Below are positions 47,895 to 57,176 of a stretch of DNA of 64,000 bases, piece after piece. The number at the start of each line of letters is the position of its first letter. The stretch's first letter is position 1. The notes under the pieces are model-generated. The model was not told where the DNA came from and made no database searches. It saw only the letters and a program-made list of their open reading frames with translations. Position numbers and translations under genes: made by a program. The stretch is from Methanobacteriota archaeon (GTDB lineage Archaea; JAADCQ01; Methanopyri; Methanopyrales; Methanopyraceae): assembly GCA_027064425.1 (NCBI GenBank), contig JAMOPO010000003.1:100607-164606 (forward strand). Reading direction: 5' to 3'.

Positions 47895-49024
47895 GCCCGC
47901 AGCAGCTCCCCGATGACCTCGTTGAAGGCCTCACAGAACCTCTCGATGTCCTCTCGTGGAGCCGAGAAGGCCACGCGGATGAACCCCCTGCCGTGCCGCG
48001 TGCTCGTGTAGTAACCGGTCCGGACGAAGATGCCGTGATCCGTGTAAAGCTTGCCCACCACGGTGCGCGAGTCCAGGTGTTCATGCTCCGAGAAGTCAAT
48101 GACCAGGCAGTTGGCATGGGACGGGTACACGGGGATCCTGATACCGTCCCCCTCGCACTCGCGCTTGATCAGGCGCTGGTTCCGGCGCACCTCACGCATG
48201 AGCTTGGGGATCCACCAGTCTCGCGCTTTGAGGGCCGCGATGGCGGCCTCCTGGGCGATGACGTTGATACCGAGCTTGCTGACCTTGTGCTTGCAGATCT
48301 GCTCCAGCAGCCGTTTCTCACCCACGATTGCCCCGACCCGCAGCCCGGCGAGCCCGTAGGTTTTGGAGAAGCTGTAGAGGTCCACGCACCGCTCCGGATC
48401 CATCTCACAGGCCACGGGCTGGTGTGGGGCGAAGTCCCGGTACGTGCAGTCGTGAACCAGGAACGCGTCGGCGTCCTGGGCCAGCTCGACCAGCCCGCGC
48501 AGCTCACGCTCGTTGAGGCTGCTCCCCAGCGGGTTGAGCGGGTTGATCACGAAGATCAGGTCGAGCTCGCGCAGGCTCCCGTCGAGCTCCTCCTGGATGA
48601 CGTCCGCGGTCATCTTGTAGTCGGTTTCGGGGGAGTAAACGTCGATCTCCTGGACCTCGATGCCCTCGGCCATCATCATCCCGTCGATGGTTTTGTACCC
48701 CGGATCCGGCGTGACGGCCACCCCGTTGCTCGCCAGCGCCCGGATGGTGGCGTGGACGCCCTCGATCGCCCCGTTGGTTATCACGGCCTCGAACTCGTCG
48801 TCCTCCAGCCCGAAGTACTCCAGGACGCTCCGGCGCAGCCGCTCGTCTCCGCGCGGGTTCGCGTACACGTTGTACGGAGCCTCCAGCGCCGCCCGGATGA
48901 CGGCCCTTCGAACCTCCTCCGGCGGTCCCAGCCGGTTGGTGTTCTGACCCAGCTCGATGACCTCGCCGGAGTGGATCTTCCTGAAGAGCTCGTCCGGGGA
49001 GTCCGGTATCCAGTCCTCCGGCAT
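47891..49024 (-). CDS. PLP-dependent aminotransferase class I/II
   Basis: NPLNPLG, DCTY, SFSKTYGLAGLRVG and IRVAFS. Confidence 0.92.
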   Translation of the reverse strand: MPEDWIPDSPDELFRKIHSGEVIELGQNTNRLGPPEEVRRAVIRAALEAPYNVYANPRGDERLRRSVLEYFGLEDDEFEAVITNGAIEGVHATIRALASNGVAVTPDPGYKTIDGMMMAEGIEVQEIDVYSPETDYKMTADVIQEELDGSLRELDLIFVINPLNPLGSSLNERELRGLVELAQDADAFLVHDCTYRDFAPHQPVACEMDPERCVDLYSFSKTYGLAGLRVGAIVGEKRLLEQICKHKVSKLGINVIAQEAAIAALKARDWWIPKLMREVRRNQRLIKRECEGDGIRIPVYPSHANCLVIDFSEHEHLDSRTVVGKLYTDHGIFVRTGYYTSTRHGRGFIRVAFSAPREDIERFCEAFNEVIGELLRA

Positions 49025-49091
49025 CGAACCCCCGACGCGCCTTTATCCCCCGACGTGCTTTTGTGTAAATACCGACGGGGGTTACGGGCGC

Positions 49092-49601
49092 GTGCGCCTG
49101 AAGGGGAGGGCCCGGGACATTCTCGAGCTCGTGGTGGACAACCCGGGCACCACGGTCTCAGAGCTGGCCCAGCGGCTCGGCCTGCACCGCAGCACGATGG
49201 ACCGGTACATCAAGATCCTCAAGGACTTGGGGCTCGTGCGCACTAAACCCGGCCGGGGCGGTGGGGTCTACCCCACCTGCGACTCCATCGTTCTCGTCCG
49301 CTCGGACGGGGAGGTGAGCCTCGTTCGTCGCGGCGGCTCGCTGGCGAGGATAACGGTCAAGGCGGACGACCGGCCGGGACTCCTCGCGGACGTGTCCGAG
49401 CGACTCGCCAGGGCCGGGGTTAACATACTGGAGACCGAGCTCCGGGTGGTCGACGGCGTCGCGATTATGGAGTTCGAGGCGGAGAACGTGATCCACGAGG
49501 AGGTGCTCCGCGAGCTGCGAGGACTCAAAGGCCTCCGCGAGCTGAGGATCGAGAGCGTCAGAGATGACGGCGGGCGGGATGAGGGTGACGACGCCGGCTG
49601 A
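49092..49601 (+). CDS. HTH plus ACT-domain transcriptional regulator
   Basis: NPG.TVSELA..LGLHRST...YIK.L HTH and DRPGLLADVS..LA..GVNI ACT domain. Confidence 0.85.
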   Translation: MRLKGRARDILELVVDNPGTTVSELAQRLGLHRSTMDRYIKILKDLGLVRTKPGRGGGVYPTCDSIVLVRSDGEVSLVRRGGSLARITVKADDRPGLLADVSERLARAGVNILETELRVVDGVAIMEFEAENVIHEEVLRELRGLKGLRELRIESVRDDGGRDEGDDAG

Positions 49602-50568
49602 GGCGCTGCGCGAGCTGCTCGGGTCCGGCCGCGTCCTCGTCCCGCGCGGCTACAAGCCCGGCAGGGCGACGGGACGCGCCGCAGTGAACCACTTCGCCCT
49701 GTACGCCGCCCGTAAGGGGCTGGGGTTCGACCCCGAGGACGCCCCCACCCGACCTCTCACCTCCTGGCGCGGGCTCGAGCTCGCGGTCCCCGGGAACGAG
49801 GGCAAGGCAGACTACCGGGCCGTACCGGGCGACGCGGAGATCCCGGCGGAGGAGCTGAGGGCCCGGATCCCCGACTACCCGGCGAAGCCGCACTTCGTCG
49901 TGGACTTCAGGTTCTGGAACGAACACTCCCGGTTCGGCCAGACCAACCTGATCCGGCAGACCTCCGTCACCGCCTCCACGCTCCGCCGATACCTCTCCGA
50001 CCGGCACCTGACCATCGTTAACGCCCCGTCGGAGGCGCGGAGGAGGTTCGGTAAGGCGTTCCCAACGTTTGAGGGCGGGTTCCGGGACTGGGAGGAGCTG
50101 CTCTCGGAGCTGGGTGAGGACCGGGTCGTGCTGCTCGATCCCAACGCGGACGAGGAGCTGACGGAGCGGGACCTGGAGCGCTACGACGTCTTCGTGCTCG
50201 GCGGTATCGTGGACAACAACATGCAGGGATGGACCGAGAAGCTGGCCCCGGGCATCCCGGCGGACGTGGTCCGGCGCAAGATCACGCTCCGCGGCCGCGT
50301 CGAGGGGGTCCCGGACCGCATCAACTCGCTGGTCGAGGCGCTGTGCCGGGTGATAGTCGAGGGGGAGAGCCTCCGGGAGGCCGTCCTGAGCGTTCAGTCC
50401 CCGAGGTTTGCGAGGCGCAGGCTCAGGATCGAGCTGAGGAGGGTCGACAGGCTGGACCGTGAAACCCTTGAAGAAATCCGGGAGGTGGTGAACCTGCCCC
50501 GGGAGGAGATCATCGCAAGGGCACGAGAGATGGGGATCCCGGTCGAGGTTGACCTGCAGGATGGTTGA
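49579..50568 (+). CDS. trm10: tRNA (purine-9-N1)-methyltransferase Trm10 (archaeal)
   Basis: P.FVVD..FW..H, LLDPNA...L, FVLGGIVD and RKITLRG...GVPDRIN. Confidence 0.82.
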   Translation: MRVTTPAEALRELLGSGRVLVPRGYKPGRATGRAAVNHFALYAARKGLGFDPEDAPTRPLTSWRGLELAVPGNEGKADYRAVPGDAEIPAEELRARIPDYPAKPHFVVDFRFWNEHSRFGQTNLIRQTSVTASTLRRYLSDRHLTIVNAPSEARRRFGKAFPTFEGGFRDWEELLSELGEDRVVLLDPNADEELTERDLERYDVFVLGGIVDNNMQGWTEKLAPGIPADVVRRKITLRGRVEGVPDRINSLVEALCRVIVEGESLREAVLSVQSPRFARRRLRIELRRVDRLDRETLEEIREVVNLPREEIIARAREMGIPVEVDLQDG

Positions 50569-51508
50569 GCTGGGCTACGAGCGGGCCGAGCGGTGCAAGG
50601 TTCAGGGCAAGCCCGCCTGCCGGGTCGGCCTCAAGGATGGCCGCCGGCTGATCCACGATGCCCACCTGTCCAGGCCGGAGCACTACTACTCCGTGTACCA
50701 GAGCTGCTGCAACTGGGAGTGCAAGTTCTGCCACTCTTGGCGGTTCACGCAGCGCCCGGTCGGGACGTGGTGGAGCCCCGAGGACTTCGTCGAGCGCGCG
50801 CTCGAGTACCGGGAGCAGGTAACCGTGTGGGAACCCCGCAGGCGGGCCACGTCGTTCCACGCCCTCGACCTCTGCCTCGGCTGCGGCAAGTGCGTGCTGG
50901 GAGAGCGGCCCGACTGGTGCCCCGGCAAGGTCGATCCGGACGACATCGTGCCCAGCCCGCAGGGGTGGGGACCGGCCCGCAACATCGTCGCGTTCACGGG
51001 CGGCGACCTCACCTGCCGGCCCGACTTCTACGTCGAGGCGATCAAGGCGCTCAAGCGGGAGACCGACGACCTGTGGGTGCTGCTTGAGAGCAACGGGTTC
51101 GGGCTGGTGGAGGAGCACGTGGAGGAGCTGGCCGCGGCCGGCCTCGACTCCGTGTGGCTGGACATCAAGGCGTGGGACGAGGAGACGCACCGGGAGCTGA
51201 CCGGGGCCACCAACGAGCACACCCTCGAGTGCGTGGAGCTGCTCCGGGAGCACGACGTGGTGGTCGAGGTGTGCACGCTCTACATCCCCGGTCACGTGGA
51301 GGCGGACCAGATCCTCCGCATCGCGCACCACGTCGCCCAGATCGATCCCAGCATTCCGTTCACGATCCTCGCCTACTTCCCCGAGTACAAGATGTCCGCC
51401 CGGCCGCCTAAACGGTCCGAGCTGGAGACGGCCGAGCGGCTCGCCCGGGAGGTGGCCGGGCTGAAGCAGGTCAGGATCGGGAACGAACACGTGGCCCTTC
51501 CCGGCTGA
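50561..51508 (+). CDS. Radical SAM protein (PFL-activase-like) with extra Cys cluster
   Basis: CNWECKFCHSW, CLGCGKC...CP insert, FTGGDL, ESNG and DIKA. Confidence 0.87.
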   Translation: MVELGYERAERCKVQGKPACRVGLKDGRRLIHDAHLSRPEHYYSVYQSCCNWECKFCHSWRFTQRPVGTWWSPEDFVERALEYREQVTVWEPRRRATSFHALDLCLGCGKCVLGERPDWCPGKVDPDDIVPSPQGWGPARNIVAFTGGDLTCRPDFYVEAIKALKRETDDLWVLLESNGFGLVEEHVEELAAAGLDSVWLDIKAWDEETHRELTGATNEHTLECVELLREHDVVVEVCTLYIPGHVEADQILRIAHHVAQIDPSIPFTILAYFPEYKMSARPPKRSELETAERLAREVAGLKQVRIGNEHVALPG

Positions 51509-51963
51509 TGGGGGCCCGGAGGTTGGGCCGTAAAGTCAAGTGCTTCTGCGTGTGCAAGGGGAAGTACCCCGCGCCCGCGCTCGCCGTCGACGGGATCGTG
51601 CCCTACGAGGACGGGGTGGTGCTGATCAGACGAGGGAACGAGCCGTTCAAGGGCAAGCTGGCCCTACCCGGCGGGTTCGTGGAGTGCGGGGAGACCGTGG
51701 AGGAGGCCGTCGCGCGGGAGGTGAGGGAGGAGACCGGGCTGAGGGTGCGTCCCGCGGAGCTGGTGGGTGTGTACTCTGACCCCGAGCGCGACCCGCGGGG
51801 ACACGTCGTCTCCGTGTGCTTCCTGTGCGAGGTGGAAGGGGGCGAGCTGCGGGCCGGCTCCGACGCCGCGGACGTTGAGGTGGTAGATCCCGAGGACCTC
51901 TCGCCCGAGGACCTGGCCTTCGACCACTACCAGATGCTGCGCGACGCGGGGCTCGTGGATTGA
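51508..51963 (+). CDS. Nudix hydrolase (ADP-ribose pyrophosphatase-like)
   Basis: GGFVECGETVEEAVAREVREETGL Nudix box, RDPRGH and LAFDH. Confidence 0.93.
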   Translation: MGARRLGRKVKCFCVCKGKYPAPALAVDGIVPYEDGVVLIRRGNEPFKGKLALPGGFVECGETVEEAVAREVREETGLRVRPAELVGVYSDPERDPRGHVVSVCFLCEVEGGELRAGSDAADVEVVDPEDLSPEDLAFDHYQMLRDAGLVD

Positions 51964-52604
51964 GGCCGGAGCTGGAGGGCCTGGTGCTGCTGAGCCTGGG
52001 GGTGATCGTGCTCACCGTCTCGGTCTACGCCCTCGGGAACACTCAGGAGCCGCTCAGGTTCCCCGAAACGGATAACCCCTCCCTCTGCGACCGACTGTTC
52101 ACGATCATCTCGGGAGTCGTCGCGGGGACGGCGATGGCGGGGATGGGAGCCCTGAAGTTCCGGAGGAACGAGCGGGTGAAGGCCGCGCTGGGGCTGGTGA
52201 AGAAGGCGGAAAAGTACCTGGAGGAGGGCTCTGAGCGCATCCCGGCCAAGTATAACGCGCTGACCTACGTCCTGCGCGCTCTCAAGTGCGTGAAGAGCGC
52301 GGCCGCGTTGCTTGAGGAGGTGGAGCGCGAGCTCGAGGAGAGCGAGAAGGAAGGTGGGAAGGAGGAGAGGCGGGAGCGAGGGAAGCGGGAAGAGGAGGAT
52401 GAGCGGGAGGGGGAGGAGGGTGTACGAGCCGCTGAAGGAGAGGGCGGAGCCGGGCGATCGGGTGGTGGTGACGGGGATCGTGGTGAGCGAGGATCCGCTG
52501 ACGATCGACGACGGGGAGAGGCTCGTGAAGTGTCCTCCGACGGAGGCGGTGGAGCTGAGGGACGCGAGCGGGAGGAAGATCGAGGAGGGCCCGGAGCGGG
52601 GTGA
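51960..52604 (+). CDS. Uncharacterised membrane protein with charged tail (3' end uncertain)
   Basis: TTGA coupling, two TM segments, then a coiled coil. The last 206 nt overlap the next gene. Confidence 0.55.
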   Translation: MRPELEGLVLLSLGVIVLTVSVYALGNTQEPLRFPETDNPSLCDRLFTIISGVVAGTAMAGMGALKFRRNERVKAALGLVKKAEKYLEEGSERIPAKYNALTYVLRALKCVKSAAALLEEVERELEESEKEGGKEERRERGKREEEDEREGEEGVRAAEGEGGAGRSGGGDGDRGERGSADDRRRGEAREVSSDGGGGAEGREREEDRGGPGAG

Positions 52605-52734
52605 GGTGGTCCGGGTCTTCGGTGTCGTGATCGACGCGCGCGAGGACCGGGTCACCGTGGAGCCGCACGCCGTGCAGCGGCTGGACGTCGAACCCGAGCT
52701 CTGGCGGGACGTGCGGAGGGCGACCCATTATTAA
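52399..52734 (+). CDS. Small OB-fold protein, RPA3/RPA14-like
   Basis: RVVVTGIV..D..LTIDDG...P..GEVVRVFG.V...V....VQ plus a C-terminal helix, matching the RPA small-subunit pattern. Confidence 0.7.
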   Translation: MSGRGRRVYEPLKERAEPGDRVVVTGIVVSEDPLTIDDGERLVKCPPTEAVELRDASGRKIEEGPERGEVVRVFGVVIDAREDRVTVEPHAVQRLDVEPELWRDVRRATHY

Positions 52735-52773
52735 ACGCCCGGCTCGCCGGACTCCCCCCAGGGGGTGAGAGCC

Positions 52774-53544
52774 GTGACCCTGTTCCGAGCGTACCAGGAG
52801 GAGGCCCGGTACTTCAAGTACGCGTTCAACGCGGCGGGCAAGGTCGTCGAGGAGGCCCCCTTGATCATCTCGCCGGACAAGGGCATCCTGTCCCGGGCAA
52901 TGGACGCCTCACACATCGCCATGGCCGTGCTGGAGATGCCCTGGGAGATGTTCGACGAGTACGAGGCGCCGACCGAGGAGGAGGAGCTGATCTACGGGCT
53001 GGACATGGAGGAGGTGACCCGCATCGTCCGCCGGACCCGGGTCACCGACGAGTTCACCCTGGAGGCGGAGAGCGAGGACGAGGTGATCGTGAAGCTGGCC
53101 ACCGGCGGTTACGAGCGCGAGTTCAGGCTGCGGAGCATCGAGATCGAGGACATTCCAGACGAGCCGGAGCTGGACTACACCGTGGAGGTCACGGTCGTAC
53201 CCGACTTCGTGCAGGACGCCGTGCGAGACGCTGACCTGGTCAGCGACACGGTGAAGGTGGGCGTCGAGGACGGCACGTTCTACTTCAAGGCGGAGGGCGA
53301 GCGGGGCACGGTGCAGCCGAAGGTGCAGGAGGGAGCGGAGGCCCTGCTGGGGTTCGACGCCGAGGAGGACGTCGAGACGGCCTACCCGCTGGACTACCTC
53401 AAGGACATGATCCAGGCCGCGCAGGGCGCCGAGAGCGTGATCATCCGACTCGGCGAGGACATGCCGCTGGAGCTCGAGTTCCGGATCGGTCCCGCCGGCG
53501 AGGGCCGGCTGAAGTTCTACCTGGCCCCGAGGGTCGAGGAGTAG
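52774..53544 (+). CDS. pcn: DNA polymerase sliding clamp PCNA
   Basis: RAMDASHIAM, LGEDMPL.L.F and KFYLAPRVEE. GGGGGTGA SD and upstream ATTATTAAA. Confidence 0.95.
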   Translation: MTLFRAYQEEARYFKYAFNAAGKVVEEAPLIISPDKGILSRAMDASHIAMAVLEMPWEMFDEYEAPTEEEELIYGLDMEEVTRIVRRTRVTDEFTLEAESEDEVIVKLATGGYEREFRLRSIEIEDIPDEPELDYTVEVTVVPDFVQDAVRDADLVSDTVKVGVEDGTFYFKAEGERGTVQPKVQEGAEALLGFDAEEDVETAYPLDYLKDMIQAAQGAESVIIRLGEDMPLELEFRIGPAGEGRLKFYLAPRVEE

Positions 53545-53546
53545 GC

Positions 53547-53996
53547 CTACCCCGCCCCGTACAGGTACCTGTCCAGCAGCGCCTTCGGGTACCCCACGTA
53601 CGGAATCCGGAACACCACCTTACCGCTGATGTACTTCGGCGGCACCGGTGACCACGGGTCCGGCAGCGGGTTGTTGTCCCCCTTCGTGACCACGCCCTTG
53701 GGCGTCTTCGCGATCACCCGGTGCACGACCGGCACGGAGCGACCCGGCAGCCGGTACACGATCACGTCACCCGGCTTGATCTCCCTGTACGGGACGCCCA
53801 CGACCAGCAGCACATCGCCCACGTTATAGTACGGATACATACTCTCGGAGATCACCGTTACCACTGGGTCCGGCGTGCCCAAGATGAACCCCAACCCGTA
53901 CCTGAGCCCGTAACCCAGTGCCACTCCGATGACCACGTAGACGACCACGGCCTTCCAACCGCGCAGCGACCTAAGCCGCCGGATCGCGCGCCGCAA
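53547..53996 (-). CDS. sec11: Signal peptidase I (Sec11/S26B)
   Basis: VISESMYP...GD, VVHRV, TKGDNN..PD and IPYVGY. TTG start at 53996 after GGGGGAG. Confidence 0.92.
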   Translation of the reverse strand: MRRAIRRLRSLRGWKAVVVYVVIGVALGYGLRYGLGFILGTPDPVVTVISESMYPYYNVGDVLLVVGVPYREIKPGDVIVYRLPGRSVPVVHRVIAKTPKGVVTKGDNNPLPDPWSPVPPKYISGKVVFRIPYVGYPKALLDRYLYGAG

Positions 53997-54050
53997 TCCA
54001 CGCTCCCCCGGTGGGCGCCGACACCGGGCTGAGAAATAGGTACCGGGGGC

Positions 54051-54141
54051 GGGGTGAGACCACCGGTAACCGGTCACGTTACCCCGGTGGGGCGGCGGAT
54101 CTCGTCGCCACCCCGCCGAGGAGCGGCAGGACCTCACCCCC
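54051..54141 (-). ncRNA. Candidate structured ncRNA or 5' leader (four-way junction)
   Basis: A 9-bp closing stem encloses three hairpins, and the three wobble pairs are G-U on the minus strand. A TTATA box lies about 22-26 nt upstream. Confidence 0.45.
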
Positions 54142-54312
54142 TAGCCCGCGCTCGGACTCGACTATAACCGCCCACTTCTCAGACGACCGCGTGGTACGGC
54201 CGCGCCCTAATTCTCTTGGACGCCGGAGCTTTGTCGGCCGCTCCTGACAACTCGCTACGCTGCCCAGGGGTAGACTTAACCGGGACGGCACGTCACCGGT
54301 CCGGGGCTAAGC

Positions 54313-55797
54313 TTGCCCGCGCTGATGCTCGTGGGCACCTGCTCAAACTCCGGGAAATCATTCCTCGCCGCCGCGCTGTGCGCCTACCTCCGACGGCGAG
54401 GAGTGGACGTCGCCCCGTTCAAGTCCCAAAACATGTCCTTGAACTCCTGCGTCGCGCGAGAGGGGGGAGAGATCGCCGTCGCCCAGGCTTTCCAGGCCCG
54501 GCTGGCCGGCCACGAGCCCTCGATTCACCATAACCCGGTGCTCCTTAAACCCAAGGGAGAGCGCCGATCCGAGGTCATCGTCCACGGTCGGCCCATCGGC
54601 ACCATGACCTACGACGAGTACCGGCAGATCGCCCTGGACGAGCCCTGGGAGGCGGTGAAGGAGTCGGCGGAGCTGCTCGCCGAGGAGCACGAGGTGATCG
54701 TGGCGGAGGGGGCCGGCTCCCCGGCCGAGATCAACGTCCTCGACACCGACATCGCGAACCTACGCGTGGCGGAGCTGCTGGACGCCGACGTGGTGCTCGT
54801 CGCTGATATCAGCCGGGGAGGGGCGTTCGCCGCCGTCTACGGAACGGTGAAGCTCCTCCCAGAGCGCTGGCGGAGGTTGATCAAGGGGTTCCTGTTCAAC
54901 AAGTTCCGAGGCGACGAGTCCATCCTAGAGCCGGGAATCCGCGAGCTCGAAAGGAGGCTTGGAATCGAGCACCTGGGCACGATCGGGGTCGTCGAGGACT
55001 TCTGGATGCCCTGGGAGGACTCCGAGGCGCTGGACGCCCACTCGCCCGGCCGTGGGACGGTGCGCGTGGCCGTCGTCCGGCTCCCTCGAATCTCCAACTT
55101 CACCGACTTCGAGCCCCTGGCCATGGAACCCGACGTCCGGGTGGAGTTCGTGGACCCCCGGGACTCCATCCCGGAGGACGCCGACGCCGTCATCCTCCCG
55201 GGGACCCGGACCACGATCCCCGACCTTGAGGAGCTCCGCCGTCGCGGGATGGATGAGGAAATCGTTCGGGCCGCGGAGGAGGGCACCGTCGTGTTCGGGG
55301 TGTGCGGTGGCTTCCAAATGCTGGGCCGGAAGCTGATTGACGAGGGGGGCGGTGAGCTGGAGGAGGGGGAGTCCGTGCCCGGGCTCGGCCTGCTGGACGC
55401 GGTTACCGTCTTCCCGGCCGACGCGGGCAAGGTCACCGTGCTCACCCGCGGGCGCGTGGTGCACCCTGAGCTCCGCGGCATCGAGGTTGAGGGCTTCGAG
55501 ATCCACGAGGGGCGAACTCGGGCCCGGGATCCGGCCTTCCTGCGCGTCCTCAAGGGGTACGGGAACGACGGGTCGGGCCGCGACGGCGCGTACAGGACGG
55601 ACCTGCCGGTCCTCGGGACTTACCTCCACGGCATCTTCTTCAACCGGAGGTTCCGGCACGCGTTCCTCCGGTGGGTGTCGGGCGGCGAGTGGAAGCCTCC
55701 CGAGCACGACGTCGTTCGGCGCGCGTTCGAGCGGAACCTAGAGCGGGCGGAGGACATTCTCGAGTCGACGTCTCTGCCCGACCTGCTAGGGGTGTAG
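54313..55797 (+). CDS. cobQ: Cobyric acid synthase
   Basis: GT.SNSGKS, PFKSQNMSLNS, NPVLLKP, EGAGSPAEIN, RISNFTDF, GVCGGFQMLG and GTYLHG. Confidence 0.97.
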   Translation: MPALMLVGTCSNSGKSFLAAALCAYLRRRGVDVAPFKSQNMSLNSCVAREGGEIAVAQAFQARLAGHEPSIHHNPVLLKPKGERRSEVIVHGRPIGTMTYDEYRQIALDEPWEAVKESAELLAEEHEVIVAEGAGSPAEINVLDTDIANLRVAELLDADVVLVADISRGGAFAAVYGTVKLLPERWRRLIKGFLFNKFRGDESILEPGIRELERRLGIEHLGTIGVVEDFWMPWEDSEALDAHSPGRGTVRVAVVRLPRISNFTDFEPLAMEPDVRVEFVDPRDSIPEDADAVILPGTRTTIPDLEELRRRGMDEEIVRAAEEGTVVFGVCGGFQMLGRKLIDEGGGELEEGESVPGLGLLDAVTVFPADAGKVTVLTRGRVVHPELRGIEVEGFEIHEGRTRARDPAFLRVLKGYGNDGSGRDGAYRTDLPVLGTYLHGIFFNRRFRHAFLRWVSGGEWKPPEHDVVRRAFERNLERAEDILESTSLPDLLGV

Positions 55798-55800
55798 CCT

Positions 55801-56382
55801 TTGGACCTGGACCGGCTAAAGGCGACCTCCTTCGAGCGCGTGACCCGGCCGATCGAGCCCAAGGACGCCGGCCTGATCGTGGAGCGACTGGGGCTTCTCC
55901 CGGGCCACCGGGTCTTCGAGTCCGGGGTGGGCTCCGGGTTCCTCACGGCCTCAATGGCCCGGATCGTGTACCCGGAGGGTGAGGTGGTGGGAGTTGAGAT
56001 CGATGGAGACAAGCTCGAGAAGGCGCGCCGGAACCTCCAGCAGCTGGACCGCATTTACGAGGAGAGCGTCACGTTAGAACGGAGCGACGCCCGGGAGTTC
56101 CTGAGGGACGTAAGGGACGAGTTCGACGCCATGGTCCTGGACCTGCCCCGGCCGGAGGAGGTCCTTGAGGTGGGCCTGGACGCGCTCAAGTCCGGCGGCA
56201 AGGTCGCCGTCTTCTGCCCGTTCTACGAGCAGGTCAAGGCCGTGTGGGAGGTGCTGGAGGACCACTGCGCGTGGCTGGAGGCCGTCGAGGTCATCGAGCG
56301 GGAGGTGCGGGTGGAACCCCAAGGGGTTCGCCCGGGCCGGTCGTCGAGCCACACCGGCTTCCTGGTCTTCGGCCGCGTTTAG
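55801..56382 (+). CDS. trmI: tRNA (adenine57/58-N1)-methyltransferase (TrmI/GCD14-like), short N-terminus
   Basis: R.T.PI.PKD, ESGVGSG.LT, LDLP.P, P..EQV and HTGFL. Confidence 0.85.
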   Translation: MDLDRLKATSFERVTRPIEPKDAGLIVERLGLLPGHRVFESGVGSGFLTASMARIVYPEGEVVGVEIDGDKLEKARRNLQQLDRIYEESVTLERSDAREFLRDVRDEFDAMVLDLPRPEEVLEVGLDALKSGGKVAVFCPFYEQVKAVWEVLEDHCAWLEAVEVIEREVRVEPQGVRPGRSSSHTGFLVFGRV

Positions 56383-57176
56383 GCCAGGCCCAGGAACTCC
56401 AGCACCTCCCGCTCACCCATCGGACTGGGGACGGTCCCCCTGGCCTCGAGCATCCTTTCGGCCAGCTCCCGGAACCTGTCCGCCGCCTCGGACTCCGGGA
56501 ACGCCCGTAGGACGGTCCTCCGTCGGGTCTCCGCCTCCCTAACCTCGCGCAGGAAAGGCAGGTCGTAGAGCAGCTCCGCTCCGACCCGCTCGCAGAACTC
56601 CTCGACCTTGGTCGGGTCCGCCTCCTCCGTCCTGCGGTTGTGGATGATTCCCCCCAGCGCCGCCCCTCCCCGGCGAGCGTACTCCGCGATCCCGCGGCAG
56701 ATGTTGTTCGCGGCGTACAGGGACATCGGCTCGCTGGAGGTCACCACGAACACGGCGTCCGCGAACCCGCGCCGGATCGGCAGCGCGAACCCGCCGCACA
56801 CGACGTCTCCGAGCACGTCGAAGATCACCACGTCTACCTCCTCGAAGACCCCCCACCGGTCGAGCAGCTCCAGCGCTTTCAGCACACCTCGCCCCGCGCA
56901 CCCGACCCCGGGCTTAGGCCCACCGGACTCGACGCAGCGCACCCCGAAGTCGCCCTCGAAGATCACGTCGTCCGGGGACAGGCGGTCACCCTTGCGCCGG
57001 TACTCCCGCATCACCGTCGGGATCAGCCGGCCCGTGAGGGGGAGCGTCGAGTCCGCCTTGGGATCGCACCCGACGAGCATCACCTCCATGCCCTCCTCCG
57101 CCAACGCCGCCGCCACGTTCGCGGCGATGGTGGACTTCCCGATCCCTCCCTTCCCGTAAACGGCCAGCTTTTTCAA
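56379..57176 (-). CDS. NifH/CfbC-family Fe protein (possibly the F430 reductive cyclase reductase subunit)
   Basis: YGKGGIGKST, GCDPKADST, ESGGP.PGVGCAGRG and DVLGDVVCGGF. TTG start at 57176. Confidence 0.88.
   Translation of the reverse strand: MKKLAVYGKGGIGKSTIAANVAAALAEEGMEVMLVGCDPKADSTLPLTGRLIPTVMREYRRKGDRLSPDDVIFEGDFGVRCVESGGPKPGVGCAGRGVLKALELLDRWGVFEEVDVVIFDVLGDVVCGGFALPIRRGFADAVFVVTSSEPMSLYAANNICRGIAEYARRGGAALGGIIHNRRTEEADPTKVEEFCERVGAELLYDLPFLREVREAETRRRTVLRAFPESEAADRFRELAERMLEARGTVPSPMGEREVLEFLGLA

Noticed and set aside
54051-54141. Interpretation as tRNA-Sec or a cobalamin riboswitch
   Set aside because: No UCA anticodon loop, T-loop or CCA, no B12-box consensus, and its orientation is away from cobQ.
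54079-54291. 70-aa minus-strand ORF in the sec11-cobQ gap
   Set aside because: Atypical codons and composition, no SD. An RNA structure or promoter explanation fits better.
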